A DNA stretch of 61,505 bases, filler included, from Nemertoderma westbladi (Eukaryota > Animalia > Xenacoelomorpha): assembly GCA_032718475.1 (NCBI GenBank). It is 3 parts of 3 records of this genome, joined end to end, with 100 filler letters (N's around TTAATTAATTAA, not from the genome) between each part and the next. Parts side by side here need not be neighbours in the genome. Positions count along the whole stretch, not along the records: positions 16,966 to 47,135 come from JAUCBJ010004801.1; 2 more parts are not named here. One strand, given 5' to 3'. A model generated the notes under the pieces. That model was not told the DNA's origin and did not search any database. It was given only the letters and a program-made list of their open reading frames with translations. Made by a program: the position numbers and the translations under genes. The number at the start of each line of letters is the position of its first letter. Positions within the stretch are counted from its first letter, which is position 1. Of this stretch, positions 22,525 to 34,956 are shown piece by piece.

Positions 22525-24170
22525 CCCCAATTCCTGAAGCAACAACAACCAAACTGTTCCAGCCCCAATCCCTGCTGACAACAACCAAACTGTTCCGCCC
22601 CCAATCCCTGCTGACAACAACCAAACTGTTCCTTACCCAATCCCTGCTGACAACAACCAAACTGATCCTTACCCAATCCCTGCTGACAACAACCAAACTG
22701 TTCCTCCCCAATCCCTTCTGACAAAAACCAAACTGTTCCCTACCCAATCCCTGCTGCTGCTGACAACAACCAAACTGTTCCATACCCAATCCCTGAAGCA
22801 ACAACAACCAAACTGTTCCGCCCCCAATCCCTGCTGACAACAACCAAACTGATCCCTACCCAATCCCTGCTGAAAACAACCAAACTGTTCCCTACCCAAT
22901 ACCTGCTGACAACAACCAAACTGTTCCTCCCCCAATCCCTTCTGACAAAAACCAAACTGTTCCCTACCCAATCCCTGCTGCTGCTGCTGACAACAACCAA
23001 ACTGTTCCCTACCCAATGCCTGAAGCAACAACAACCAAACTGTTCCGCCCCCAATCTCTGCTGACAAAAACCAAACTGTTCGGCCCCCAATCCCTGCTGA
23101 CAAAAACCAAACTGTTCCGCCCCCAATCCCTGCTGACAACAACCAAACTGTTCCGCCCCCAATCCCTGCTGACAACAACCAAACTGTTCCCTACCCAATC
23201 CCTGAAGCAACAACAACCAAACTGTTCCGCACCCAATCGCTGCTCACAAAAACCAAACTGTTCACTACCCAATCCGTGCTGGCAACAACCAAACTGTTCA
23301 GCCCCCAATCCCTACTGACAAAAATCAAACTGTTCCCTACCTAATCCGTGCTGGCAACAACCAAACTGTTCCGCCCCCAATCCCTTCTGACAAAAACCAA
23401 ACTGTTCCCTATCCAATCCCTGCTGGCAACAACCAAACTGTTCCACCCTCAATCCCTGAAGCAACAAGAACCAAACTTTTCCCTACCCAATCCCTACTGA
23501 CAACAACCAAACTGTTCCCTACCCTATCCCTGCTGATAACAACCAAACTGTTCACTACCCAATCCCTGCTGACAAAAATCAAACTGTTCCCTACCTAATC
23601 CGTGCTGACAACAACCAAACTGTTCCGCCCCCAATCCCTTCTGACAAAAACCAAACTGTTCCCTACACAATCCCTTCTGACAAAAACCAAACTGTTCCGC
23701 CCCCAATCCCTGCTGGCAACATCCAATCTGTTCCGCCCCCAATCCCTGCTGACAACAACCAAACTGCTCCATACCCAATCCCTGCTGACAACAACCAAAC
23801 TGTTCCATCCCCAATCCCTGCTGGCAACAACTAAACTGTGCCCTACCCAATCCCTGCTGATAACAACCAAACTGTTCACTACCCAATCCCTGCTGACAAA
23901 AATCAAACTGTTCCGCCCCCAATCCCTTCTGACAAAAACCAAACTGTTCCGCCCCCAATCCCTGCTGACAACAACCAAACTGCTCCATACCCAATCCCTG
24001 CTGACAACAACCAAACTGTTCCATCCCCAATCCCTGCTGGCAACAACTAAACTGTGCCCTACCCAATCCCTGCTGGCAACATCCAATCTGTTCCGCCCCC
24101 AATCCCTGCTGACAACAACCAAACTGTTCCGCCCCCAATCCCCCCTGCTGACAACTGCAAATCGTTCCAC
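22525..24170. repeat. 36-bp variable minisatellite (CCAATCCCTGCTGACAACAACCAAACTGTTCCSYMC), about 45 copies
   Basis: Tandem 36-bp units with longer variants (37 bp, and extra GCT triplets); the 37-bp units break every reading frame. Confidence 0.95.
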
Positions 24171-26249
24171 CACCAGTATCAACAGCAAAATAAACCAATA
24201 TAATCATATAATTCATTGTAAATGCTTAAGTAAAGTGGTCTTGGGATTGAGGCCGGTGAGGGTGTACACACCGGAGAGATGATGTACGAGTTTGAAGTTT
24301 CAAGTAAATAGGGTTAATTTAAAAGATAATAATTCCGTCGGAGAAGAAGACCAAGGCAGAACGAAGTCAACAACATTAATTAATAACTTTGTGCTTATAA
24401 GCCAATTTAATTCTATTATAAGTTGCAATTTCAATTACTAACATTAATCACTAACTTTCTTTTTATAACTCTTAAACATATTAAATTTATATTGAGTTGT
24501 TTTACTGTAACATATGCCGCCACTTGGCTTGATTTATAAGTTGCAATTTCAATTACTACGTAGACTACTTATGAGATAAATTAATCAACAAATTGTATTA
24601 TTGTCACATTAAACAATTATTTACTTATATATAATAATAACCATAACCATTATAATCATTTTTTATCTTGCTATCTATAGTTACTTTTATTTTACTTTAT
24701 TTTTGTTTTGTTAGTATATGGGACTTTCAATTTAGCGTAATAACATTCTGGAATATCGAAAAACATTATAATGAATTAAAAATCTATTTGTAATTATTTT
24801 ATGTAATATTATGATTTTAATAACACATCAATGTTCGTCGAATATAATACAAAAATGTATTGTAATATTAATGTAAATAATATTATTCAAAGGTGTTATC
24901 TTATCACTTATTTCTTATAAGTCGTAATGTTTTCAGAATGCGGGAAAATCAAATGGGAAGCACTGAATGTATATCTTATAAGCTGATGCCATAACATGTT
25001 CAATTGTTCAACTGTTCAATTCAATTGCAATATATCACGGCTGGTTGATTCAGTCACACGACATTTATTTTATTTAGAAAACCGTTTGTAATAAGTTATA
25101 TTTCCATGGTCCATTGGTTCAGTAGGTTATTAATTGTGTTTGGTTATTAATAATAATTGTTAAAACGGATAGGTATTGGTTAGACGTTCGGTTGTCAACT
25201 GTTATGATATATGAACGCTAAATTCATGGGACTAATAGTAGTAATGAACAATTCGTCGGTTCCATTTTGAAACTACATATACGCCAAATGGGGCATTTTC
25301 CACAAAACACAAAACAACATTATTCATTCTCATTTCGTTTGGAGTAAAGTTAAATGGGTTTTGACATATTGCTAATCTTACGTGATTTGAAACAAAAAAA
25401 GCAATGTGTTTGAAAATATTGGAATTATGTCATATATTAGGTAGGAAACTATATAGGTTGTTTAAAAAAAAATGTATTGCATAATACAAATTAATTAATA
25501 CTGTATGATACTGATTCCTAAGGTTTTATCACACCCGTTACGCCCATAAGTACTGTTATGGCACTTTATACGTTAAGAAAAAAAGCTTTGTACGCCCAAT
25601 ATTACAATTATCACTTTATGTGGTGGAATCATATTACAAAATATAATCTAAATGGAGAGTAGACGACTTTTCGTTTAGTTTATATATAGTTTAGTTTAAT
25701 TAGGCCAGAATCAATAAAAATATATCTCAAAAGTCAAACATACAAACACAGATGACAGAAATAAAGATAATCCATGATTAGGACAAAATTACTGTAAAAT
25801 TAAATTTCAATATGACTGATGACTCGTTATTATCTAAAATTATTGAGTTTACAGGTAATGTACGTACGTACTGTACTGTAAGTGATGTAATATATACACG
25901 TTCTGTTATACTGTCTGCATTGCACCAAGATAAATACTTTTATATATTCAGATATTACTGTATAAATATTTTGTTTTTCGCAATGGCTGGCAAGTTACGC
26001 ATTTGCGTTTTAAGGCGGGAATAATGTATAAATAAAAAATTAGATTAATTAATTAAAGATACAATTCGATAAAAAAAAAATATTAAGTTATACCATAAGT
26101 AACAATCAATATACAGCTAGCTGTATGTCTCGAACATGGGAGAAAGCACAAGTTACAAATTACATAGTTTAAAAGTATTGCATAATACAGTAGTGTCCAC
26201 ATAAGGTGTCTATTATGACAAAATTATGAGAAAATGCATCGGTTAATTA

Positions 26250-26540
26250 AGATAGTAGGTAAACTGTATGACGTACAGTGTACAGTATATGTAATCATGA
26301 AATTTACATATGTTATCACAATAGTATAAGAACGCGGGAGGCGGGTAAAATCTTAGTTTGACGATAGTATGCGGGCAGGGGGGATATAAACATCGTTCAT
26401 GGATTTTATCCTCGAACCTTTACAGTAAGGAAGAAGATCCACCTTAGCAAGCTGAGACTTAAAGGACGTCACACTGGGAGCGAAGACCACACTGGATGGT
26501 AGAACGTTCCAGTCTGACACTCGCCGAACTGCAAAAAAAT
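26250..26540 (-). mobile_element. CR1-like LINE 3' fragment
   Basis: The minus strand reads FFAVRRVSDWNVLPSSVVFAPSVTSFKSQLAKVDL, a typical CR1 ORF2 C-terminus. Confidence 0.75.
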
Positions 26541-27092
26541 CATTACAATGCCTTTAGAATTTATTAGTTGTACATTATTTAACCGACATGGCTAATCATT
26601 CACTACATAGATAATATGTTTCTGAAAAAAAAATGGCGAGGGTTATGGAACATTTGAAAACAGTTTTATGAAGCACAATACGGTATGTGTGCTACACAAT
26701 CAAAACAAAAAATAATTTCTAAGTACTTTCATTTTTCACCAAAAGGTTTACTTTTGCTTGGATGGAATGGCTGAGGCCTACTGATACTGTATATGCCTAC
26801 TGTCTGACTGTTTCTGTTTGTTGTACGGCAGTATGGTACCCAGAACCCAGCCGCCTAACTGGCCTAATGCTGAGGCTGAGGTAGGGCTACTGCTGTACTG
26901 TTTGTCAGGTTTGTTATACCTGGCTGCCTGGTTCTGTAGTCTGAAGTCTGGTAAACAGCAAGTCATTTTGTGTTGATGTTAGTCTATACAGCTATAGGCC
27001 TACTGTTTTTTTACAGTTTTATTTTAGGCCTATGTTGATATTATTAACTCAAAATTATTTGACTAGTGCAGTAGTGCCTAGAGTACGGTACT

Positions 27093-27779
27093 ATGGCTGT
27101 TGAAGGTTGCTCCGCTTGTATTAAATGGCTGTTATTTGCTCTAAACTTCGTCGCATGGTTGGTGGGAGTTGCAATACTTGGTATTGGGATTTACCTCCGT
27201 GTAACGGAGGGGGGTTTCGTAAGTCTAACACCATCGGAAGACAGCCTGATAACTGCCACTAATTTGTTCATTGCCATTGGATCTATAATAATGTTAATAG
27301 GTTTCCTGGGCTGCGCAGGTGCGTTACGTGAGAGTCTGTGTATGTTGATGACCTTCTTTGTTCTATTATTGATTGTCTTTGTGATGGAAGTGGTTGTCTG
27401 CGTTCTGGGTTACATTTACCAAGACCATCTCGAAGGAGTATTTAGCGAGTACATGTTGACCAATACAATGGATAATTACGGTAAAGAGAACGGCACCAAA
27501 GTGTTGTGGGACCGAATGCAACGAGGTAACCAGTGTTGCGGTGTTAACGGATACGCTGATTGGCCGGATAACCCCCCGTTCTCGTGCTGCAAGGATAGCG
27601 CTGCGGAATGCGATATTGTGAACGAATCGTGGTACAAGGAAGGATGTATGCCGGTCTTCCTACAGTACTGGACGTACGTCTGCGTCGGGGTCATCGTTCT
27701 CGCGGTTCTGCAGTTGTTCAACATGGTCTTCACTATGATTTTATTCTGCCAATTACGAAAGGAAGGTACTCTGGTATAA
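27093..27779 (+). CDS. Tetraspanin (228 aa, intronless CDS)
   Basis: Four TM helices (CIKWLLFALNF..., GFLGCAGALRES..., FVLLLIVFVMEVV..., VLAVLQLFNMVFTMILFC). The large loop has CCG, PFSCC, C and EGC (six Cys). AATAAA near 28226. Confidence 0.97.
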   Translation: MAVEGCSACIKWLLFALNFVAWLVGVAILGIGIYLRVTEGGFVSLTPSEDSLITATNLFIAIGSIIMLIGFLGCAGALRESLCMLMTFFVLLLIVFVMEVVVCVLGYIYQDHLEGVFSEYMLTNTMDNYGKENGTKVLWDRMQRGNQCCGVNGYADWPDNPPFSCCKDSAAECDIVNESWYKEGCMPVFLQYWTYVCVGVIVLAVLQLFNMVFTMILFCQLRKEGTLV

Positions 27780-29009
27780 CTTGTACTGTTGCCATTGAAA
27801 TATACGATAATGGTCAAATTATTCGGTATTTGGAGTTGCCTAACTATATATGCCACCATATCCAGATATCGGCCATCATATTGCTTTGATCAATACCATA
27901 ATTTTCTATATAACCCGTTTTGCAATCATCCACCGACTATGCGGCATAATAAGCCCACCTCAGATGCACGCACAGTATTATATATTGCGAATGTTTTTCA
28001 TATATGCATGCTTAAGATATTGTTTGCTTAAATGTACTTAACTAACTTGATTCCTGTACTTATATACAACGTACTTATATGGGTTTGTTTTCAAGGGGTG
28101 CAGTATTATGTGTTAATGTCACAGGCATTTTTTATTCTTTAATGTAGAAAATTTATACAAGTGCATTACTGCATTATATCTGCTCGGATTTCATATATAT
28201 ATATAGTATCGTATATATAATTATTAATAAAATAATATAATAATTATATTAATAATAATATATAAATATATACGGTATATTATATATATTTTATATTATT
28301 ATTTATTATATATTTATATTATATATATAATTAATAATAATTGTTATTAATTCAAATTATATAATAATTAATTTTCTTTGGGGAGTTTTTAAGGTTAAAT
28401 GTAAATGCAGCTCAGTAAATACAGTAAAATTAAAATATATAAATTACTATTCTTATTTAAGTATACAGGATAAGGATACCCATATATATATTATTCGACT
28501 TTCCCTCGACTTTGTCTCTTTAAAGAGTTTACTTTACTTTATCCCACCCATATAACCGTAGTAAATCGGCTTGCGAGAATTATAAGATACACAAAATTGT
28601 TATTTATTTTCAATATAACTATAATATTATGTCTTACGTGGACTAGGAGGAGTTGGAACTTTATCAGCTTGCTTTGGTTGTCCCTCATAATATACTAACA
28701 ATTCAACAAATATATATTTATCGCAATAATTTTTATTGTCCGTTTAAATCCTTTTTTTGTCCTTTTTTTTATTTTTTATGTCCTCCAAAAATCTAATGTT
28801 AGGTTCCATGCTACCGGTTTCTCTACTGCTGTTCTCTCAGGCTATCAGTACCGGTAGTAGTATATATAGCACTATTTTGCTGTATTGTATGTACAGATGT
28901 AGGTATAAAGCAGGTATTTCTGTATTTTAGTACCGGCACCGGTACCGGCACCGGTACTGCTGTAGGCCTACTGTGTAGCCTACCATTTAAATACGGTACT
29001 GGTAGGCCT

Positions 29010-29500
29010 AATTAGTTAAGTGATCGTTTATTGTTTTGGTTAGGAAATCCCGCCTCTGTAACCTGCTCCTTTCCCTGATTTGGTAAAGTGACTTTATTGT
29101 TTTGGTTAGAAAATCCCGCCTCTGTAACCTGCTCCTTTCTCTCAATTGGTAATGTTATCGTTTATTGTTTTGGTTAGAAAATCCCGTCTCTGTAACCTGC
29201 TCCTTTCCCTGATTTGGTAAAGTGACTGTTTATTGTTTTGGTTAGAAAATCCCGCCTCTGTAACCTGCTCCTTTCTCTCAATTGGTAATGTTATCGTTTA
29301 TTGTTTTAGTTATAAAATCCCGTCTCTGTAACCTGCGCTCCTTTCCCTCAATTAGTTAAAGGATCGTGTATTGTTTTGGTTAGAAAATCCCTCCTCTGTA
29401 ACCTGCTCCTTTCCCTGATTTGGTAAAGCGACTGTTTATTGTTTTGGTTAGAAAATCCGGCCTTAACCTGCTCCTTTCCATCAATTGGTAATTGTTTTTG
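29010..29500 (-). repeat. About 68-bp tandem array (about 7 units, two alternating variants) of a motif also dispersed in the window
   Basis: GTTTATTGTTTTGGTTAGAAAATCCCGCCTCTGTAACCTGCTCCTTTC is repeated. Single copies in the opposite orientation at about 3641, 5161, 6092, 39990 and 41117. Confidence 0.9.
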
Positions 29501-30105
29501 GCTATAAAATGAGTGTTTTGCTACGTCATGTGGTAATCGATTATCGACAACCACAAACTATTAAATTTAGAGTCTTTTACCACAGGCGCATATGGAATTC
29601 TATCTCATAGTCTAAAAATAATGGAATCATGGAATGTTTTGGCACAGGCATAGTGAAACCAACTGTCCGACAGACCAGAAATCAGCAGTCTGACAGTTTG
29701 AAGAAATACATACATAAAAAGTCATTAAAAGGACAACAAAAGTCATTAAAAGGACAACAAAAGTCATTATGTACAATTCGTAAAAAAGGAGGACAAAAAA
29801 AGTCAAATAAAAGGACATAAAAAAATCACTGCCTATATTTATTAAGTCATATAAGTTAATCTGATGTATTATTAATAAATCCTAACTACCTACATTAAAG
29901 GCACTTTATTATTTTTATGTGCTGCTTATATGATATATTTTTGTTAACCCCAATAAGGAATTCAGCACGGCCTGACTTCTTTTTTTTTATAATCAGCTCA
30001 ACCATAATATATTTGTTTATGATAATATTACATATAGAGTAGAACAAACAAACCATTTAATATGCATACAAGCGTGGACAATGCACATTTATGTTACTGT
30101 ATATT

Positions 30106-30285
30106 AGAGGTCGTCCATAAAAGAACCGGGAGGGGGGGGGGGGGGTAAATTAGAATTTACAATAATTAGGTAAATTATTGTAGATTCGGACGTCCGAACC
30201 CGAAGTAGGGGGGTTGTTGGCAAAAACCGGACGAGACGAACCGAAAATCCAGGATTTACTCGGAAGTCCTTTATGGACGACCCTT
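30106..30285. mobile_element. MITE with Harbinger-like termini
   Basis: TIRs GGTCGTCCATAAA / TTTATGGACGACC. The TSD is not cleanly resolved. Confidence 0.65.
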
Positions 30286-32159
30286 TTACTAAATGATTCA
30301 AATGATATCAAATAAAGAAACCACCTTTATCTTTATTAATTTCTCAAGCACTCAAGGTAATTAATTTTAACTTAAATCACTGTAGATAACTAACTAGTAG
30401 ATTTCCGATTCATATTAAGCAATCGATGTAATCTAAACATGAAAGTTATATTAAGAGCGACCTTATTTTTGTACACTATATAATAATATAATATGTTATG
30501 ATATGATATGATATATAAAACTGAAAACACATTTAGTTTGTTATGTGTTTATGTTTACTATGGCCTCGTTATGGTGCCGGTCCAGTTCCAGTTCATCACT
30601 GGTACTACAACTGCTGCCATAAATAATCGAACCTTAAGGTTCCGTTTTATTCTATGGGACTTTTAATAAATATTTCCATTTTCGAATAAAATTAGATACC
30701 CCATGTCATAATCTTGAGCTTTAAGTCCTAAGTCCTAGAAGTCTTCAAGTAAATATTTATATATAACGATTGGTGTATTTATTTATTATCAGTCAGTGGT
30801 TGCTGTTTGGCATTAGGAATATTTTATTTTCAATTTTAATGACAGTTACTAATTTTTTTTTTTTTTTGTGGGAAATATGGTTTAAAAGAAATACTTATAC
30901 TTTATTGGTTGTATTTTGTAAAGATAAAACTATCCTATTATTTTTTTCACACACAAACGTTAAGTTAAAAAGTACATATATTCTCCTTTTGTACTTAAAA
31001 GTCAATACAAAATTCAAAATGTGGTACTTTTGCAGTCCCAAATTAGGCCAATAATGTATAATGGATAACTAGAATATTATTGAATCTTATAAAATTGATT
31101 TAGTTTTTAATTGATCGATTCGTTTGTTAAACTTGCTATCATTAGAACTCCCTTTTGTTACTATGGATTGGATACTATCGGACTATATATTGCTAAGATT
31201 GTATTGCTAATTATATTTATTCACTTTATTTACTCTCTGAAATATCTTTTTTGACTTCCTTTATTTATATATGATATTATATATCTCTATAACTGCAGTA
31301 TTTCATTTTTATTTTATTTTTTTGTTTTGCAATAAGTAAAATCCCGCCGTTGAGATGAACCCTTCTTTAGATAGACGCTGGTGTATTTAGTTCGTTTCTT
31401 TATATATTAAAATGCAATAATCTTATGATATTTTGCCACCCAATATTATTAAAATAGTAAGTATATATTTAATGTGAAGGAATGTGTATTCCAATTTCCA
31501 ATACACAATAAAACTTTATTCAATAGGAACACGTTTTCAATGGATATTATTTTGTATTTATTTTTTTTCTTTAAAATAATATTTTTGTTTTTTGCTTGGT
31601 GTGGGTGTCAAAGATCTCCAATAAAGAGTTTGTTGTAGTTTAGTTGCTTTATTGATTGTATATAAATGACGAATAAAATAAATATTAATAATCATATTTA
31701 ACAACAATGAATTAATTAATTGTAAATAGGGATAAGAGTTTTCGGAAATACACAATGATCGATCATCTTACTGAAAATGAGCAAAACACACATACAATCA
31801 AAACACACACGTACATACATACAAACAAAATAGCATTGCATTCCAGATCGCATATTTTCAATGGGGATGTCTTTTCAGCTTATGGAAGTATTCTGAGCGC
31901 TCGCTGTTCATTAAATAAGCTCACCAACGCCTCATTGGCTCACCTCATCACCTTCCCGTTGTTAAAAGGGGTGTCGATTGGGCCTAATTTCCCAAAAGGG
32001 GTGTCGATTGGGCCTAATTTCCCAAAAGGGGTGTTGGTTGGGAAAAGCGCCTTAAAGTAACCTAATCACTGTCTGGTGGATGATATACTATAGTTTAAGT
32101 CACCGTGGTGTGGTAGCTTTTGTGGGGCGAGTAACGCAAAACTTGTCATTCGAATTTCA

Positions 32160-32340
32160 TCCTCTAATACTAAGGCTATCAAGTTGTAGATATCGATACG
32201 ATTTCAGAAAACATCAGTTCAACAGGCTCCCGCTAGGGGGTGGTGATTGAAATGTATCTATACATGAAACAACCTCCCATTTCTTAGTTGTCAATACTTT
32301 CAAGCTAAAACCTTGCGAATATATCAAACAAACCATTATT
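32160..32340 (+). repeat. Diverged monomer of the 315-bp CTCF-motif repeat
   Basis: CAGAAAACATCAGTTCAACAGGCTCCCGCTAGGGGG...CCTCCCATTTCTT...AAGCTAAAACCTTG aligns by eye with CAGACACCATCAGTGCAATGGTCTCCCGCTAGAGGG...CCTCCCATTTCTT...AAGCTGAAACTTGG. Confidence 0.7.
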
Positions 32341-32648
32341 TATTTATTTTCATAAAATAAAAAATTTCATTTAATGATACTTCTTAATTGTTACTAAAAG
32401 TTACTATTGTTACTATATTGTTTTGTAGCAGTGCGAAGGAAATTTTTTATAAGATGATAAAATATGTGCCTTCTTTTTTTGAAGCAGGGTTGTTAGGAAC
32501 ATTACGAGAGTTTGCTATTCTTGATGCTTGAGGGAGCACATCATCAAACTGATAAGAAATCTTACGAAGTTTATTAGCCACTGAATGTAGTACGACTGGC
32601 TGGATTTCGGTACCTATTGTACAACGGTAAAGCTCTCAATAATCAACC

Positions 32649-34820
32649 TACTACAACTACTAGGATCGGCATGCTGCATTGCAGCTGCATTTTTAAGAAT
32701 GCTGTGCCGGCTTGTCGACAAAATTGCGCCGCCACAACTCCCTATCACCCATGACATTTGCTAGATCATCCGCATCTTCAAGGCCTGTGTCCTTTAAGAT
32801 GTGTCTCAAGAGAGTCATGGGTTGCCCACCATGCCACCTGCCAAAGCACAAGATTATGCACTGGCTGGTCCTCATGGCGAAAGCAATGTCCTGCAAAGCG
32901 GAGGCGGCTTTGTTCTAGTGACAAGCTTGGGGGGAACCAATGAGACACCTCCAATGTGATATAGTGTCTGGTGTGTGGAGATGTGTGCATTGTACTTGAC
33001 AGTGAACCCGGCGTAGCAATATTGTGAATGTGCCATCCAGAGATTTGATGTCCTCAGCAGTTGGAGCCCAGCATGGACTCCCATAGAGGAGTACTGGAAC
33101 TACTGCTGCTCTAAATAATAGGACCTTAACTGCATTCTTGGCCGCTGTAGTCTGTTTGAGTCGGGACTCTTTCTGCGCCTTATGAAGGTCATTTCGGCAC
33201 TTCTGAATTTTGTTGTCAGTCCAGGGGGCCCTTTTCTTGTTTCGAGGGTATACAGGAACTGTTTCTGCAGCTGCTAACTTAACTGCTTCTGTAAAGGCAG
33301 TATAGCCCTCACATTGATCTGCCGCCTCAGAGGCAAGAGCCTCATACCTGTTGCTCAGCTGTAGTGTGAAGCTGGATCTCACACTTGGCTGTTGCAACAG
33401 AGAGGACCAGTCATGCCGCGGCAAGGCAGATTTCGTTGTTCTGCTAGCACGCAGACTTAGTCTTACCTTGACCACATTAAGGCGGTGATCACTGGAGAAG
33501 GGTCGAAGTGTAAATGCATTACAGTCTTGTATAGAGCTCCTGTATTTCCTACGAAACAGAATATGGTCTATCTGGGACTTGTGACCACTGGGTCCACTAT
33601 GAGTCCATAGCTTTCCAGTTCGCTTCTTGAACTGGGTTCCAGCCGAAAACAATCCATTTCCAGAGATAAAATCCTGAAGATGGACAGAATTTCGGTTAAC
33701 ACTGTCGGTATAGACCCAGGGCGATGTAGGTGATTGATGCAGACTTGCATTAAAGTCTCCCAGGAATGTTAAGAATGCATGCTGATCCACTCCATCAGTA
33801 GCTGCTTGTAGATTGGGATAGGAAATTTTCCACCTCCTCTACAGGGGCAACACTAGTTGGAGAGCAGCACATAATCAGAACCACCTTAGGAAACTTCTTA
33901 GCCAGTCTTCCAGAACATGAGAAGTGGCAACGGATGATGCGGTTAGAGATTTGGTCTATTTTGTCCAATGCTGCATGTGCAGTTGGATTCATCAGATATA
34001 CCAATTCCACCATTGCCACGATCATCTGCTGACGCGAGGGCGAGTCGCCAACCACCCCCCATGTCCTTAATCAAAACCTCATCAGTCTGTCCAGTCTGCA
34101 TTCGGTGCTCTTGAACACCCACTGCGCTAAGAGAAAGCTTATCTGCCAAGGCAGTCAGCTCACCTTGTCGCATTGGGGACCCGAGTGTTAGGGTGTTTAC
34201 TGAGGCTAGTCTAGTGACTTGCCTCAGATTCACCAATGGCTTTGTTGGTCGGGGTGGAACATGAGAGTAGCATCCAACTCCAGAATCCCTCACCCCCTCA
34301 CAATCTGGCCTCCCTGGTGACCCAGGGTTTGGGCCAGTAAGGTCATCAGGAAAGGGACTCAAATAATTGTTGGCTGCTCTCTCTCCAGTAGGGGGTGGGA
34401 CAGGCAGCCGGTCAGGAGATAACTGACGCCTGTGAGGCCGATTGTGTCCGGTAATTCCACTGGCCTCTAGTGGCCGGACCTCCGCATTACTAATGTAATC
34501 CATAGTGGGGGTTGGTGGGTGCTTTTTTGCCGAGTCAGCTCTCTGGGCAAATACCACACCCTGGTTTGCCATTCCACAGGGTGGGTGTCGCAAGTTGAGT
34601 CAGATATGAGGCCCATCACCCATATCTACTCTGGCACCAAGGGCCAGAGTAGAGTATTCCAGTTAGAGTATTCCAATTAGAGTTAGAGTTAATCCAGGAC
34701 CAAGGGCGTCCTTATCCCAGAACGAAGGGGGTCCTAGTTACAGGACCAGATTTGCCCTAGTAAGAGGGCCTATGCAGCTACAGGTGGCACCTCCTTTATG
34801 CTGCATGGGGTGGCAAGTTT
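32649..34820 (-). mobile_element. RTE-clade LINE, internally deleted and frameshifted (APE endonuclease kept, RT lost)
   Basis: APE motifs ASVNTLTL, GVQEHR, FLGDFNA, SQIDHILF and SSDHR lie across three frames. The sequence jumps directly to VLLFRAAVVPVLLYG near 33125. Same 3' end and (TAG)n tail as 19769-20371. The 5' boundary is approximate. Confidence 0.9.
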
Positions 34821-34956
34821 TCTTGATCAATGACCTATGTAGAATACCTGACCTGACCGGGGATCATTGTTGCTCGTTGCTGTACTTTATTATTGCTCAT
34901 TGTTGCTCGTTGTTGCTCATTGGTACTCGTTGTTGTACTTTATTATTGCTCATTGT

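Noticed and set aside
22426-24282. Cys/Gly-rich keratin-associated-like ORFs (QQGLGAEQFGCC)
   Set aside because: They are minisatellite translations in several overlapping frames with frequent frame breaks.
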